Position numbers and translations under genes: made by a program. Under the pieces are notes generated by a model. It had not been told where the DNA came from. It made no database searches and saw only the letters and a program-made list of their open reading frames with translations. Below are positions 12,301 to 25,055 of a stretch of 64,000 bases of DNA, piece after piece. The DNA is taken from contig MU271192.1 of the NCBI GenBank assembly GCA_021432655.1, positions 1 to 64,000 on the forward strand. The letters are read 5' to 3'. The stretch is from Atractiella rhizophila (taxonomy: Eukaryota). How positions within the stretch are numbered: the first letter of the stretch is position 1; the number at the start of each line of letters is the position of its first letter.

Positions 12301-13587
12301 GTGTCATCCCCCTCTTCAATAATATCGGTGTCCATCTCTCTCGCCTCTATGAAACTTACGAGATTGATGGCGAAATCCACTTCCCTGACAAGCACGCTGC
12401 TGTCCAAGCCGGCGCTGCAACTGCACAGGCAGTTTTGGACAAATATTTTCTGAAAGTAGTTGAAGATTCGAAGATCTATCTATGGGCTCTTTGCAGGTTT
12501 TCACTACTCAAACATTTCAGCATTGAAACTGACAGATACTCAAGTGCTTCATCCCAACCGCCAGGCTACATACTTGAAAAAATTGGATTGGGAAGAGGCT
12601 TGGATCATGGAAGCCATGGATAGCTTACAGGAGTTTCAGCAGCAGCATTACAAAGCAGAAACGGGTAATTCTGTGCGTCCAACCCGGAACCTCTATACTT
12701 TCCTTCCCACAATTAAGTCCTAATTCGTTGCTCACAGGCATCCACCTCTGTGCCATGCCTACGAAAGAAGGCTTGGACATTGTACGAACTCGACACAATG
12801 ATTGACAATGCAGACGATACCTCCACTGCCGACTACCTTGTAGAGTTTATCAAAGGTGTCCCGTTGCCTATCAAGACCCTGCAGGATGATTCTGGGACAA
12901 CAGAATTGGATGGCCTCAAGTACCACTATCAGCAATGGCAAGAGGTGAAGCGCGCAAAGGAGCATTTCCGTGTGAAGTTCCACGAGATGGCCATGGATAT
13001 TATGGCAGTCCCAGGTATGCAGCTTCATTCATCTCTGTTTTTTACATTGATCGAAGGTGCTAGCAACTTCGGTGGATGTTGAGCGTGCTTTTTCAGGGGG
13101 TCGTCTGACGGTTTCTTGCGTCATCAATTGTCGGACCCCGTCTTTCGTTCGGCCATGATGCTCAAGCTCTGGGAGCAGGATGGATTCATGCCTCCTATGA
13201 AGGAGTTATTTGGAGCTGTGAAACAGAATGACAGGAAGAAGAGGAAGGGAGCAGAGGCGGCAAGGAAGAAAGCGGTGGCGGAGGCGGAGCGTGGGGAGGG
13301 AAGCATGATGATTGATTGATTGATTGATAGGTGAATGATTAATGATTATTGAACTGTGCAGAGAGGTTAGTAGAGTACATGGATAATAATATTGATATCG
13401 CCCCTCCCATCCCGTCAGTGTCCCGTGAACCCTTTGGCTCCCGTCCCCTCCCAGCAATCCTGAGGGAATGCCCCTGCAACGACGGGGAAACCCTTGAGGG
13501 TTCGAGGGCGGGTACGGGATGGCATCAGAGCGCCAAAACCTCCCAGAAAAACCCACGGGGCCACGGGTTCCCCGTGTACCAAGCCTA
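9305..13587 (+). mobile_element. hAT transposon 1
   Basis: 16-bp TIR TAGGCTTGGTACACGG / CCGTGTACCAAGCCTA. 8-bp TSD TTGGTGAT at 13588-13595, with the left copy displaced to 1691-1698 by the CACTA insertion. CCC(A)CGGG-type subterminal repeats. Confidence 0.93.
10098..13319 (+). pseudogene. hAT transposase, multi-exon, with in-frame stops/frameshift
   Basis: ITLDGWT, TCDSASNN, RCFDHILNL, CPTRWN, LHP and the dimerisation motif MAMDIMAVP/ATSVDVERAFS. In-frame TGA codons and a probable frameshift near 13115. Confidence 0.88.
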
Positions 13588-14010
13588 TTGGTGATCACGG
13601 CGCGACTCAGTGACTTACTCACGTGCGTTGGACTAGGACCAGAATTTTGGTTTCTAGGCTTTTAACTTTCAATAAATCTACTGTATCTGGCTCAGGTGTA
13701 GTCAACCATCCTTAAGGGACGGAAGTAAGTCACAACAGGGCTGAATCGGAAGCAACATGGTCACACCGTGCAAATTGTATCGCATGCTCAAAGCATGCTC
13801 CCATTCAATCATATGTTATCTCGATAAAGATGAGAACTTCTTCCGGTTGAAAGTGAAAGGTTGCAGTATTGGCAGATGAGAAAGAGGAGCAGATTCCTCC
13901 ACCTATTTCATGCTTCATCCTTCTGCCGTACAATATTGTTTCGTATTGGAGGCTGACAATCAAATCGCTCACCCACAATTCATTCACAGGTTCCTTCTAG
14001 AATAAATAAA

Positions 14011-14730
14011 GTATGGGAGGCTTTGAGCCATGCCTTCTTCAACCTCCATCTATCCAGACCAAGATGCAATCACACCATTCATCTCACAAGACTGGAGGAT
14101 TGAAACTACCCCCCGAAAAGCTATCTGCAGTCCTCGAGCACCCAATCCACCAACAAACCAGGGTAGTAGGGGTGCCGTTCAGCCTCTCCTCTCTTCATTC
14201 CGGCGCTAGCGGTATAACGAGGGATGTGCCGGGAAGCGATGCCACCACAGGAGCAGATCACAAATCTTTGCGACGAATCCTCCTCAGTCGTCATACGTAC
14301 GCTGCGCTGGCATCACTTCAGACCAACGTGCGCCGTCATCACGCCGTTGAGGACAAGGCACTTGGGTTTCGAGATTACCTTTTCAGGAGGCGCGTACATG
14401 AACAGTGCGGGGAGGGAGAGCTGGATACTGCCTAGCACTTCCTCCTCACATGTCCTGCTTTCATAAATCAGAGGGTGGCGATGAGAAGGGCGCTCAGGAG
14501 GAAGAATTTGAAGTGCGCAAGATTGGAGGCTGTCTTGAGGATAGGATGCGTGCAGGTATCTACGGAAAGAAACATGGATTTGATTCGCAAGTGGGGAAGG
14601 CGAGGAGGCTAGAGAAGAACAAGGCGGAGGGTCAGGAAGGAATGGATGTTTTCTGTTCTAGATGGAGGAGCGTTGTTGGTCATCGAGGAGAGCCTCATAC
14701 ATAAAAAATGGCTCTAGAAATGATGTTAAA
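14011..14730 (+). mobile_element. 5'-truncated, degenerate LINE 3' end (ORF2 Zn-knuckle region + 3'UTR)
   Basis: Translation ...DYLFRR..EQCGEGELDTA*HFLLTCPAF..QR..MRRALRRK is a LINE C-terminal CCHC region. A-rich end. Possible TSD AATAAATAAA at 14001-14010 and 14731-14740 (low complexity). Confidence 0.55.
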
Positions 14731-15426
14731 AATAAATAAAATTTCTCTCCCTTTGCTTGCTCCTCTTCCTTCACGAGGAGAGCTTTCGTTGATGGTCGAA
14801 TTCGAAGTCCCCATCCTGTCGTTGAAGGGCGGCAGCGGTCTCCGGTCTTTCACGTGGTTCGTAGCCGTCTACATCGTCGACGCCTTCTGGGACCATCACT
14901 TGGGGAAAAAGAGCGGAGGAGCAGAGCGCTTAGAGATCGTCCAACGTTACGCCCAGAGACTCAGGAGGAAGAATTTGAAGTGCGCAAGATTGGAGGCTGT
15001 CTTGAGGATAGGATGCGTGCAGGTATCTACGGAAAGAAACATGGATTTGATTCGCAAGTGGGGAAGGCGAGGAGGCTAGAGAAGAACAAGGCGGAGGGTC
15101 AGGAAGGAATGGATGTTTTCTGTTCTAGATGGAGGAGCGTTGTTGGTCATCGAGGAGAGCCTCATACATAAAAAATGGCTCTAGAAATGATGTTAAAAAT
15201 AAATAAAATTTCTCTCCCTTTGCTTGCTCCTCTTCCTTCACGAGGAGAGCTTTCGTTGATGGTCGAATTCGAAGTCCCCATCCTGTCGTTGAAGGGCGGC
15301 AGCGGTCTCCGGTCTTTCACGTGGTTCGTAGCCGTCTACATCGTCGACGCCTTCTGGGACCATCACTTGGGGAAAAAGAGCGGAGGAGCAGAGCGCTTAG
15401 AGATAGTCCAACGTTACGCCCAGAGA
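14493..15426. repeat. Tandem direct duplication, 2 x 467 bp
   Basis: 14493-14959 matches 14960-15426 with one substitution seen (GATCGTCC/GATAGTCC). CT microhomology at the junction. Confidence 0.95.
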
Positions 15427-16533
15427 CTGATACTTGGAGCTTTCCGTACCACCCCAGCAACTGCTCTCGCTTACGACTCAAATCTACCTCCGGCAGTGGC
15501 ACGTCTCGACAAAGTTGCTACAAGAGCAATGCTCAGATTACTCTCCCTCCCCGATTCCAACCCAGCAGGCAAGATCGCGAAAGGAAAGCTCAACTCACCC
15601 CCACCAAAAAAGCATCGATCCCCACTCAACTCGCTCCTGCTCTCCGATCACTTAAATTTTCCCAAGGATCTCAAAATCATTCCGGCCTACGCCACCCATC
15701 CAGGTCACTCCCCGCCATTTGACACCTACATCGCGGACTCGAAGGAAGAGGCCATGCAGGACTTCAAGAAGCTAAAGGAGGAAGAGGACATCTGGATATT
15801 CTCAGATGGCTCAAGAACGGAGGAAGGGGTAGCATGCGGTCTGGCGATGACGAATCCGGAAAGCAAGGCAGGCTATAGGCTCAGCAACCAGGACGACAAC
15901 ACCATCTTCGAGGCAGAGCTCATGGGAATAGATCGAGCCCTAGCTCTAGGCACGGCACTCAACATTTCCAAAGGAACAGTCTCATCCCTCCGCATCTTCA
16001 CGGACTCTCAGGCAGCCATCAAAAACCTGTCGAAGAAACCAAGGTGCAAACCAGGAGTTAACATCGTCCTCAACATCAACAGGTTAACCGACAAATTTCG
16101 AAGACTTTACCCTACCTGCTCCATCTCCCTCCACTGGATACCAGGACACAGCAACATCAAAGGCAACGAGCTAGCGGATGCGGCAGCTAACAGTGCAACA
16201 GATCCAGAAACTGCAACAGGACACATCGTCATCTCGAGAAGCCCAGCCGCACTCAAAGCGATCATCACAACAAATCGATTCACTCCCAAAGAGGCCTCTC
16301 CCCCCCCATCCGGCAAGCACCACCACTCTCTATCTCGTCGACTCTCCCCGGATCAAACCTTTGACATGCTGAAGGAAATGCCACGTGCCCAAGCGTCAAT
16401 CTTCGTCCAGCTACGTTCAGGCCACACCTCCATCAACAATTACCTCCACCGTATCGGGGCATCAGAAGAACCGTCATGCAACTTTTGCGGAATGAGGGAC
16501 ACAGTCACCCACCTTTTTTTCGAATGTGAGGAA

Positions 16534-19500
16534 TAGGGCTGTCCACCGTACCGAACCGGTGCCATAAGGGGTCCTTACGGTCGGTGCGGTTAGGGAATCG
16601 TAACCGCACCGTAACGTTACCGAACTGAACAACTCAAGACGGTCGGTTGGGCATTCGGTACGGTTTAATGAGCCGTATTACGACGTACCACGGTGCAAGA
16701 TAAGGGGGAATAGACAAAATCTCGTTGCAAATACCATGTTGTTCCCGTCAGGCTTCCCGTACTATATCACTTCTGCACTGGTAGTGAGGCCTCCAATTGT
16801 GCAATTGCGGCTCGCAATGCCCGTGCTTCCTGATCTCTCTCCAACTTCAAATGTGCTTTCAGCACCATCAAAACCCGTATAGTTTCCGCCTTCAGGCTAT
16901 GCCTGCGGATCCCAATTGTATCTCTCGCACCTGAAAAGATCCTTTCAACTGCAACAGCACAACCTGCACAGCAAAACATAAAAAATTAGAACACTGGAGA
17001 TAATAAGAAAGACATACCTGGAATGGAAAGGATATCTCGAGCCATCTGAGACCAGTTAGGAAGGTTGCTTGAAGACTGAACCTTGTACCATGCATATATA
17101 TCTTCTTCAGGATCCAGGCGCCGGTGGCTCCATGCAAATTTAGGCTCCAACATCCAAGTGTCATCCATTTCAAAACTTGCGCCAGAAAGTCCATCTCTGT
17201 CTGGTTCTTGATTGGCAAAAACTGCAGCATAGTGCGCATTCTCGGCAGAAGTTGTAGTTGATCGAGGTCGAGAAGGTGGAGGGCGGTAATAATGATCTCG
17301 ATCGAGCTTGAGCAAGTTCTGTTTATGTTGCTCAATCTCCGTTGCGTATCGTTGGAAGGCATTTGATTTGAAAAATGAAGGTCCCAACCGAGGGTCCAGG
17401 ACTGACCAGATTGTCAGACAACTTCTAGAATAAGGAGGAATGCTATACAGGCTGAATAGATATAATATGGAGAATCATCACTCCTGTAGTGATATTCCGC
17501 AAGTCTGGTATGAGCAGCAACGAGGCCATCTCGATATATTGGATCCAGGTTGGCAGGAAAGTTAGCGACAGAGGTACGTAGATGTACAAGGAGGGCCTGG
17601 TACTCCAGGAGGGTTGCAGAAAGACAGGATTTTGAAGTCGTGGACATTCGGATTGTCGCCTTTCGAAACATTTCGAGCCAGTTACAAATGAGTTTGATAC
17701 CAGACCACTCGTTCTCTGATAGCTTATCTTCTAGCTCATACTTCTCTTCATACCGCTGGATTGCAGGTTGATATCTAATTGCCAAGTCAAGCATATCATG
17801 GGTCGATCCCCACCTTGTTCGAACATCAAGAATCAACTTGCGCAGGGTCTCTTCAGACATCGATTCAACTTCTTGGAGCGCAGATTCAAGCTCCTCAAGC
17901 CATTTCTTAGCACGTTGGGGTGAACTACGAATGTACTTGATGAATTCTCGAAGCTGTAATATTATGAGATGAATAGATTGAGCAGTGAGCTACATACCTT
18001 CGGGATTGCTCCTTGAAGCTGCTTCAACTCCTCATCAGTAACCTCCTCGCCGATCTTCCCCTCCAGCTCCGCAAATTCATTCATCTTCTCGGTTACACAT
18101 TCTTGCCAGGGTACCGAGGCTGTCGACGCTTCGCTGGAATTGTGATTTTTGGGCCATACTTGGAGAGATTGAAGGAGGAGGAGAGCCGCAAGGTGAATGA
18201 TATGAGGGAAGCACCGTATCCATCTTTCACGTGAGTTGAATGGAATTCCTCTGCTGTTCAGCTTCTTTTCCAGATGTTGGCCGAGGGTCCCATTATTAGA
18301 AGCGCTGTCAGAGGTGAAAGTTCCCAACTTGGCCATCATTAGCATCATGAAGTAGAAAATACGGAGGGGACATACAAGGTTCGCAAGACCATAAAAATCA
18401 ACAACTTTCATCACTACCTCAGACATGTTTTCTCCAGTATGTCGTCCATCGAGTTCTTGAAAATCCAGAAGAACCTCTTCAGGCTCCCATGCTTCATTGA
18501 TATAATGAGCTATAATTGCAAGGAAAGCAAAATTGTTCTCAGATGTCCAAGCATCAAGTGAGAGATGAACTTTTGTCTTTAGTTGCTATGCTTGCAATGA
18601 GGGCTGGATAAAAGAAATGGGAAAACTGCGAACCTGCAGTTCCTTTGCTAACTTCTCCATGGTTCCCTTTCCCATGCCGACAACTCTTCTCCCAACAGTC
18701 TGTCTACTCAGAAACGGCATTCCAGCCTGCTTCTTTCCCTGTCCCAAGGTCACTTCATCCTCCAAAGCACTTTCTGCTTCCTTTCCTCCGAGGACCCACT
18801 CAGCATTAACAGCAGTGGATGATGAATTCCCGCAGCCTTCGACAATTGGTATGGTCCATTGGCAATAGAGAAGAAGTTCGCGGAATGATGGCGCTTCGGC
18901 AATACTGATGGCTGATCGGTTTCGACAACGAAGCGGTCCAGGAGCTTGAAAAATTGTTCTTTGGAGAAATCCTATACAGGCAACATGCGTTGTTATTATC
19001 AACATATGAGACGGATGATTTACTCACAGTATTATTCCCGAACCTCGCAGGCTGCTCGCTGACCAGGACATCAATCCCCTTTTTTAAACGACGTGCATTT
19101 TCAGCATCAACCTCTGTGATCTGTGTCTGTCATAAGTTATGAGGACCGAAAGGCAGCCAGAAAGCCTACATGATTCTCATTTCTCGCTTTGGCTCTGTCC
19201 TCCTCCGTGATTTCTTGTCGAGATGCCTTCTTTGTTTGGAGCAAGCGCAAGTGGTCCCTGGTCCGCCTGCCATGAACTGACATATCTGATAGGTGCCTCT
19301 CCATCGTTGTCAGGTTCCCCTTCGCCGTCTCAGAGAACCGGTATTCCCACGAGCAATGGCAGCACTTCGCAACGAGAAACTTCAACCCCGTCCTTCTGTT
19401 CTTCTTCTGGGTTTCCTCGAAGAAGAACCAGACAGGATTCCTCCGACTGCTTCGTCTCTAAGAAGATTATTAGCGTGACGGGAAGGATGACAAGCTAAAA

Positions 19501-20851
19501 ATGTTCATACTTCATTGTCATCCGCAGTCGGAGGTGGTGGCGTTGGAACACGCTGGAAGGTTGAGGTAGCGGTCGTTGGCTTACTCTCGGGTTGCTATAA
19601 ACTTGTAAGCAGCAGCATAGTGAATGAAGAAGTACCTACCCTCAACCTCTGCTTTCCAGATTTCTTCCCCTTCTTCTCAGGAGCGACCTTATCATTCTCC
19701 TCCATCACCAGAACAATGTCTTCATTTTCAATCTCTCGAGGATCAACCTCCTTATCCTCCAGCGACACCTCTTCCTCTTCCAGCTCAAACTCCGATCCTT
19801 CTTCGTCTCCAACGTCATCCGCCAATCCCTCCTGAACCAAAATGAAGTGGACACGCGCAGCTCCAGCACAGATGGCCGCTTTCCGGGCATTGATCTCCAG
19901 CGGGCCACGATTGGGAGGCAGCGGGGTAACCTTGAGTAGAGCCCTCCACAGATCTTGCAAGGCTCTGACGCCTTCAAAGCCCCCCATATCGAGAAGAGAG
20001 GTCGGGCTCCAGAGGGAAAAGGCGCGGTGAATTGGTTCGTCGACGTCCTCTTCAACGTTGTCCGCTTGACCGATCAAAGGTTGCAGCATTCTAAAGAGTG
20101 CGGAAGTTTTCTATGCACCTTGTCAGACTACTCCGTACATGTTAAGAAAAGAACTGGACTTACGTGGTTTGGATCTCTTTGAAGCCGCGGCAGTGCTTTG
20201 AATATCAGTTGCAGCTTGTTGTAGTCCGGGATTGTTGAATTCCTGAAGCAGAGTGCGACATGAGACAGGTACCAGCTCATAAACAAACACTCACTCCACC
20301 TTCTTCGTTCTTCTCCTCTTTGCCTCACTCATGGCCGTCCCATCCTCATTATTCTTAACAGCCAGGTCCACCTCTGTTCTCTTTCTCTTGCTCTTTCCTG
20401 AATCTATGTCTCCTGTGCTCGCCATTTTGAATGATATGGAACGCGTAATCCTGTCCAATGACAGCGAATATGGTGGATAAATAATGCAGCGAGTAATGAC
20501 CGTGGGAGAGAGAAGTGGGGTTTGAAGAGAGGGAAAGGCGGGGTAGGAGCACGGCGCCTACGTCGTTTGGCAGCCGTCTTTGCGCTGTCGCAGTCTATAA
20601 GTCACCTCAGTAAAAAAAACAAGCGCCACGGGTGAAAACTCACTAGGTGTCTGTCATTGGCCCATCCCCCCGAACCGCAGGTCACCGTAAACCGCACCAT
20701 ACCGTAATATCCCAGGCCGGAACGGTCGATACGGTGGAATGGAGTGAATCGAATCGTATCGTAACCGTCATGGAAAATCTCGTGCGGACGGTTACGATAG
20801 GGCTACCGAGCAGTACCGTAGCGGTACGGACGGTTGCGGTGGACAGCCCTA
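16534..20851 (-). mobile_element. hAT transposon 2 (possibly intact)
   Basis: Perfect 15-bp TIR TAGGGCTGTCCACCG. Perfect 8-bp TSD GTGAGGAA (16526-16533, 20852-20859). ACCG/CGGT subterminal repeats at both ends. Confidence 0.96.
16767..20425 (-). CDS. hAT transposase (multi-exon)
   Basis: BED-like CCHC..H..H, LSLDAWTS, FTSDSASNN, RCFPHIIHL, DVRTRWGST, LDPR, MARDILSIPG/CAVAVERIFS. Likely ATG at 20425 (MASTGDID). Confidence 0.88.
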
Positions 20852-21699
20852 GTGAGGAACACGAGGACGAAAGGAAGAAACTTAGGAGCAGGCTGAGGAA
20901 GAAGGACATCAAATTCAGGTCTCTTAGCGACCTCCTAAGCGAACCTGAGGCTACGCAAGCAGTGTGGGAATTCATCAGGAAGAGCGGGAAGTTCAGCTTA
21001 TGGATCAAAAGGGCTCAAAGGGTGCTGGATAGGAGGAAAGAAGAGAGGAAAAAGAGGGCGGAAAGTAGAGGGGAAGAGCAAGAGGAGCGAGAGGAGTGGG
21101 AAGACTAGGAAAACAAGTTATGTCTAATCTCACTCTCTACCTATCTAAGGCACCTTCTGCAGGATCCTACCATACCAGGAAAACCAATGGCCTTGAACAC
21201 TAGAGTCGATTATACTTGAGGAGGACTCCATTACATCGTCACCGCATTTCGAAAACTACAACCATTCATACCATAGCCATCGCGATTTAGTAACCCCCCA
21301 TCCGCTTCTTACTCTCATCGACAACATTACTTTTCAAGGGGAATTCAGGGGGCTTCTTTTTACTTACACCTTACACACAATTAGCTGATTCATTCCTCCC
21401 GGCACACTATCATCGTTCAGTTTGTTTCGGCTAGATACTTCTCTTTCTCCAAATGTGACTTCCCCCAAATGTAGAGCTACGTTGACTATAGTCTGAAAGC
21501 TCTGAAATATGATCACAACAACAACAACAAGCCTTCTGGGACATAACCTTCTCCTAGTACCCTGCCTCCACTCTCTTCCACTCTCAATAATCCTCCTCCA
21601 GCCCGTACTTCTTGAGCCTGTTACGACTGTGGATACCGCACTCTTCAGCTCTGATAGCTCCCTCGTTCACCACCTCTTCGCAAACTTGAGGTGAGGAAA

Positions 21700-22360
21700 T
21701 AGGTAGGTAAGAGCTTTGGGGCGGTACCAAGAAAAGATGGAGACTCAAGAACACGAAGGTTGGCGGAACTTCCTCTCCAACGTCAATCGGAACAACTTCT
21801 GGACAGCAGCAACAATCGTGAAAGGGAACTCTGGATCGGATTTCATTCATCCACTTGTCCACAACAACACAACATCCTTCGAGAATGCCGACAAAGCTTC
21901 TCTCCTCCATCACGCTTACAACGCACTACATCCCAACCTAACCCCTGCTTCCGGCAGCGCATCCCCCTCCTCGTGTCACTCTGATTCAGTCTCGGATTCG
22001 ATCGACTTCGGTAGTATCTCAACTGAGGAGCTCGTCGTAGCACACGCAGGAAATCCGCACCTGAAATCGATGGAGGTTCCTACCGTATTCTCAAGGAGTT
22101 TTGGCATATTATCAGACATCCTCTCCACAGCATCATTGCCCCTGCCTACGAGATTGGAACTATCCGAAGAAGTGGAAACACTTCAATACCATCATCTAAC
22201 GGAAACCCAAACGGGTAGACTATTCCGTTCCGAAAGCCTACCATCCCTTCAATGTTCGCAAAGGTCTACGATGGTGTCCCGCCGGCAAACTCTCCTTTTC
22301 CAACAGATTCTCCCTCCTTCTGGATCATCATTTTGGTGTGCGAATGGCCATTTGATCCAC
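21700..22360 (+). pseudogene. Degenerate LINE (Tad1-like) reverse transcriptase N-terminal fragment
   Basis: WRNFLSNVNRNNFWTAA, ENADKA.LL, and in a shifted frame YPKKWKHFNTII*RKPKRVDYSVPKAYHP. Confidence 0.75.
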
Positions 22361-22419
22361 CTTATGTGAATGGCCATTTGATCCACCTTACGTGAATGGC
22401 TATTTGATCCACCGTATGC
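22342..22419. repeat. 3 x 26-bp tandem repeat
   Basis: Unit GAATGGCCATTTGATCCACCTTATGT with minor variation. Confidence 0.85.
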
Positions 22420-23899
22420 GGATCATCCATGCAGAACCAATTTAAATAGAACCAATTTAAATGTTCTGGGTCCTCTTTCTGCTTGCCTGTAAAAGAGCTA
22501 GAATTCACCAAGCACCACAAGACGACGCATAGAATTGCTGCAGCTACGGTCAGGAACTCTGGCATGTTGGGTTCACCCAGCTTGTCCTCGGTTTCTTCCA
22601 TCCCTTCACCGCACCTTACCGGCTCAGTGGTCGTAGGCGCGAATACAGCCAATAGTTCCGCGTCCTCTCACCCAGACTTGCCTTACCGCATCAACCTCGC
22701 CAATTTGATTGTTCCCCTCTTTCCGCGACGAGTGACTAATCGTGACCTTAGGCTCCAACAGTCTGCCTCCGCTGAGATTGCAGGTCTGGTGAATGGAGTG
22801 AAAGGGAACAGAATCAACAACCCGCAGATAGGTGCTCATGACGGCCTTCACGGTTCTCAGCATCATGCACGTCATCTCAGAGGCAATATCGGCATTCCTG
22901 GCGCGATGGCTCTGGGTAGCGGAGAGAAAGAGGAAACTGGTCAAAAGAGCGGTCTGCTCGGAGACATGCTTAACCTAGCTGTTGAGGTACGTTCGGTTAC
23001 AGAGATCTGATTTAACTTGAGTTCTGTCGTCTGTCGTTGCTTTTTTCTCACTGGGTGCATGGAACGATCAACTAGCTTTCAATGCACGATGCACTCCTGT
23101 CCCATGACGTCATCCTTAATCCCTGCGAACAAGTTTATCTTTGGAGTTTGCGGCATTGTGTGATCTGTCCTGTCGGCATCTTGAGAGCATGGCACGATGC
23201 AGGCGAAGATGTTTCTGTTCGTTTTTTTCCTTGTTGTTGGACACAAATTAACCTGAATTCAGCATTTCGACACCCCTCTCATTTTCCCGGAAGGATCTTA
23301 TGTTTAATCTGGTCAGTCTGATCCAACCAAGTGTATTGTTTCTGATCCAACGGTAGTCGGGGGAAGAATTTATGACCCGGATGACACAACCAACAACTTT
23401 GTCAGTTTCCAACAATGTGTTGCAGAGTGTAGATTTCAATTTAACAACAAAAGCCCATCCGAGATACGCGCAGTGAGTACTTTCTAATGATTTTTGCACG
23501 AGCTGGCACGTATTTCGCTGATCGTTTGGAGCAATCAGCATTTTGCGTTGTGCGAATACCGCAACAAGATGCCTGTCGATCCATTGGGCGATTTGTGCGC
23601 GCTCCAACTTGGAGCCGAGAGGAACCAAGCTCTAGCTTTACATGACAAAGAGTTGTTCCGCAGCAATTCATGGTTGTTGGTTGATTGAGTCGTATGTCAC
23701 GGCGCTTAGACTGAGTCAACGTAGCTCTATATATGATGAAGAGGAAATACAAGAGTTTTTCAGAAGAACGAGCTTCTGGATTGATTTTCCCCAACGATCT
23801 CTCTTCCCATACACAGATCTCTTCCCATACATGAACGACTATCTGTAGGTTGTCGATCCTGCCGACGTTGTCTCCGCTTCCTCCCCCTCTCAAAACTCC

Positions 23900-25055
23900 G
23901 ACTACGCTTCGACGATTGAGCTTGGGCCTCGTCCTCCCAACAATTCGCAGATAGGTGCCTATGGCGGCGCTCAAAGTTCTCAGCATCATGTACCTTTGAT
24001 GCAAGAAGAGCATAAGGCGACTCAGCAGGCGACGCAGAACGGTGATGATACAGGCTATCTGAAGCCTTTACCTCCAGGTCTGTTTTTTCTTCCCTCCTTC
24101 GCTTAACGCGACATAAAGCTAACATTGGAAGACATTAATAGATTGTTGGGGAGTATGCGCCCCATTCTTGCTCAATTCTCCAAGTACCTTACTTTGCTCA
24201 TGCGGTGCTTGCGATATGGTGGATAGAATGGTGCCCACCAGCCCAACCCTTTGCAGCCGCCCCATCCCTTTCAACCAGCCTCCGACAGAGAGACTTACTA
24301 TTGGAAGAGCAAAAAACAATTACGTTTGCTTGGACGCGAAGATTATTTCTAATTTCCATTGCGCGATTTGGATAGATCTCAATGGGGACGTTTGGTTGAA
24401 GGATACGTCGTCGAATGGAACGTATGTAATGGAGAGCAAAGTCGGGAACGGAATACTTACAATACTCAAGCTTACGGGGATAAGGTGACCGTTAATATTG
24501 TGTCGATGACGTTTTTGCTGATGAGCACATAAGTTAAACTCGGCAGTCACTCGGAAGGATATTGTGGACCTCCTTTTTACTTTCCCACCACTGTAGGTAT
24601 TGATCATCTGCGATGTAGGTTTTCGTTGGCAAGACGTACCTCTCGCTACGCGGTTTGAGAGGCGTGTTCCAAAGTGGAAGGATTTGCCGGCGGGTACTTC
24701 TCCCAAATGTATGACAGATCTCCTTGATACATTGCTGCGAGTGTTAAAGTGATGTACAGGTTACAACTTCCTCCAACGGCTATGCAGACAAAGGGTAGAC
24801 GAGCGGATGAGCATTGCAGAAGCTTGTCAACACCCCTGGGTCCTGGACGACGCAAATCTTCGGGTGTTGAAAACTCTACCATCTTTCTCCGAAGGACGGC
24901 TTCTGGAGTCGCTTGTTCCCGATCCGTCGTCCACTGCAACGAAAAGTATCCAGCCCATTCCAGAAGCCAACAGGTCTCCCGCCGACTCTTCTCCACATGC
25001 AACTGAAGACCAACTCCTTGCTGAAAGATTCGACCATGGATGCGTCAACCATTAG
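23900..25055 (+). pseudogene. Chk2/Rad53/Cds1-like FHA-kinase remnant lacking most of the kinase domain
   Basis: TQ-rich stretch (ATQQATQ). FHA motifs TIGR..ISNFHC..LKDTSSNGT. Kinase C-terminal signature FLQRL..DERMSIAEACQHPW follows within ~350 bp, with no VAIK/HRD/DFG found. Confidence 0.6.

Larger units (their letters stand above)
15361..21530 (+). mobile_element. 5'-truncated Tad1-clade LINE (RT tail, RNase H, CCHC) interrupted by hAT 2
   Basis: ILGAFRTTP, IFSDGS, IFEAELMGI, IFTDSQAAI, LHWIPGHSNIKGNELAD, QLRSGH..CNFC..H..FEC. ORF resumes in frame after 20859 to a stop at 21108. (CAA)n tail to 21530. 12-bp TSD GCCTTCTGGGAC at 15349-15360 and 21531-21542. Confidence 0.95.

Noticed and set aside
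15175..15360. Apparent N-terminus of the 453-aa ORF
   Set aside because: Lies outside the LINE TSD, so it is a chance open frame in flanking DNA.
22342..22419. CRISPR-like repeat array
   Set aside because: Units are contiguous with no spacers, and the context is eukaryotic.
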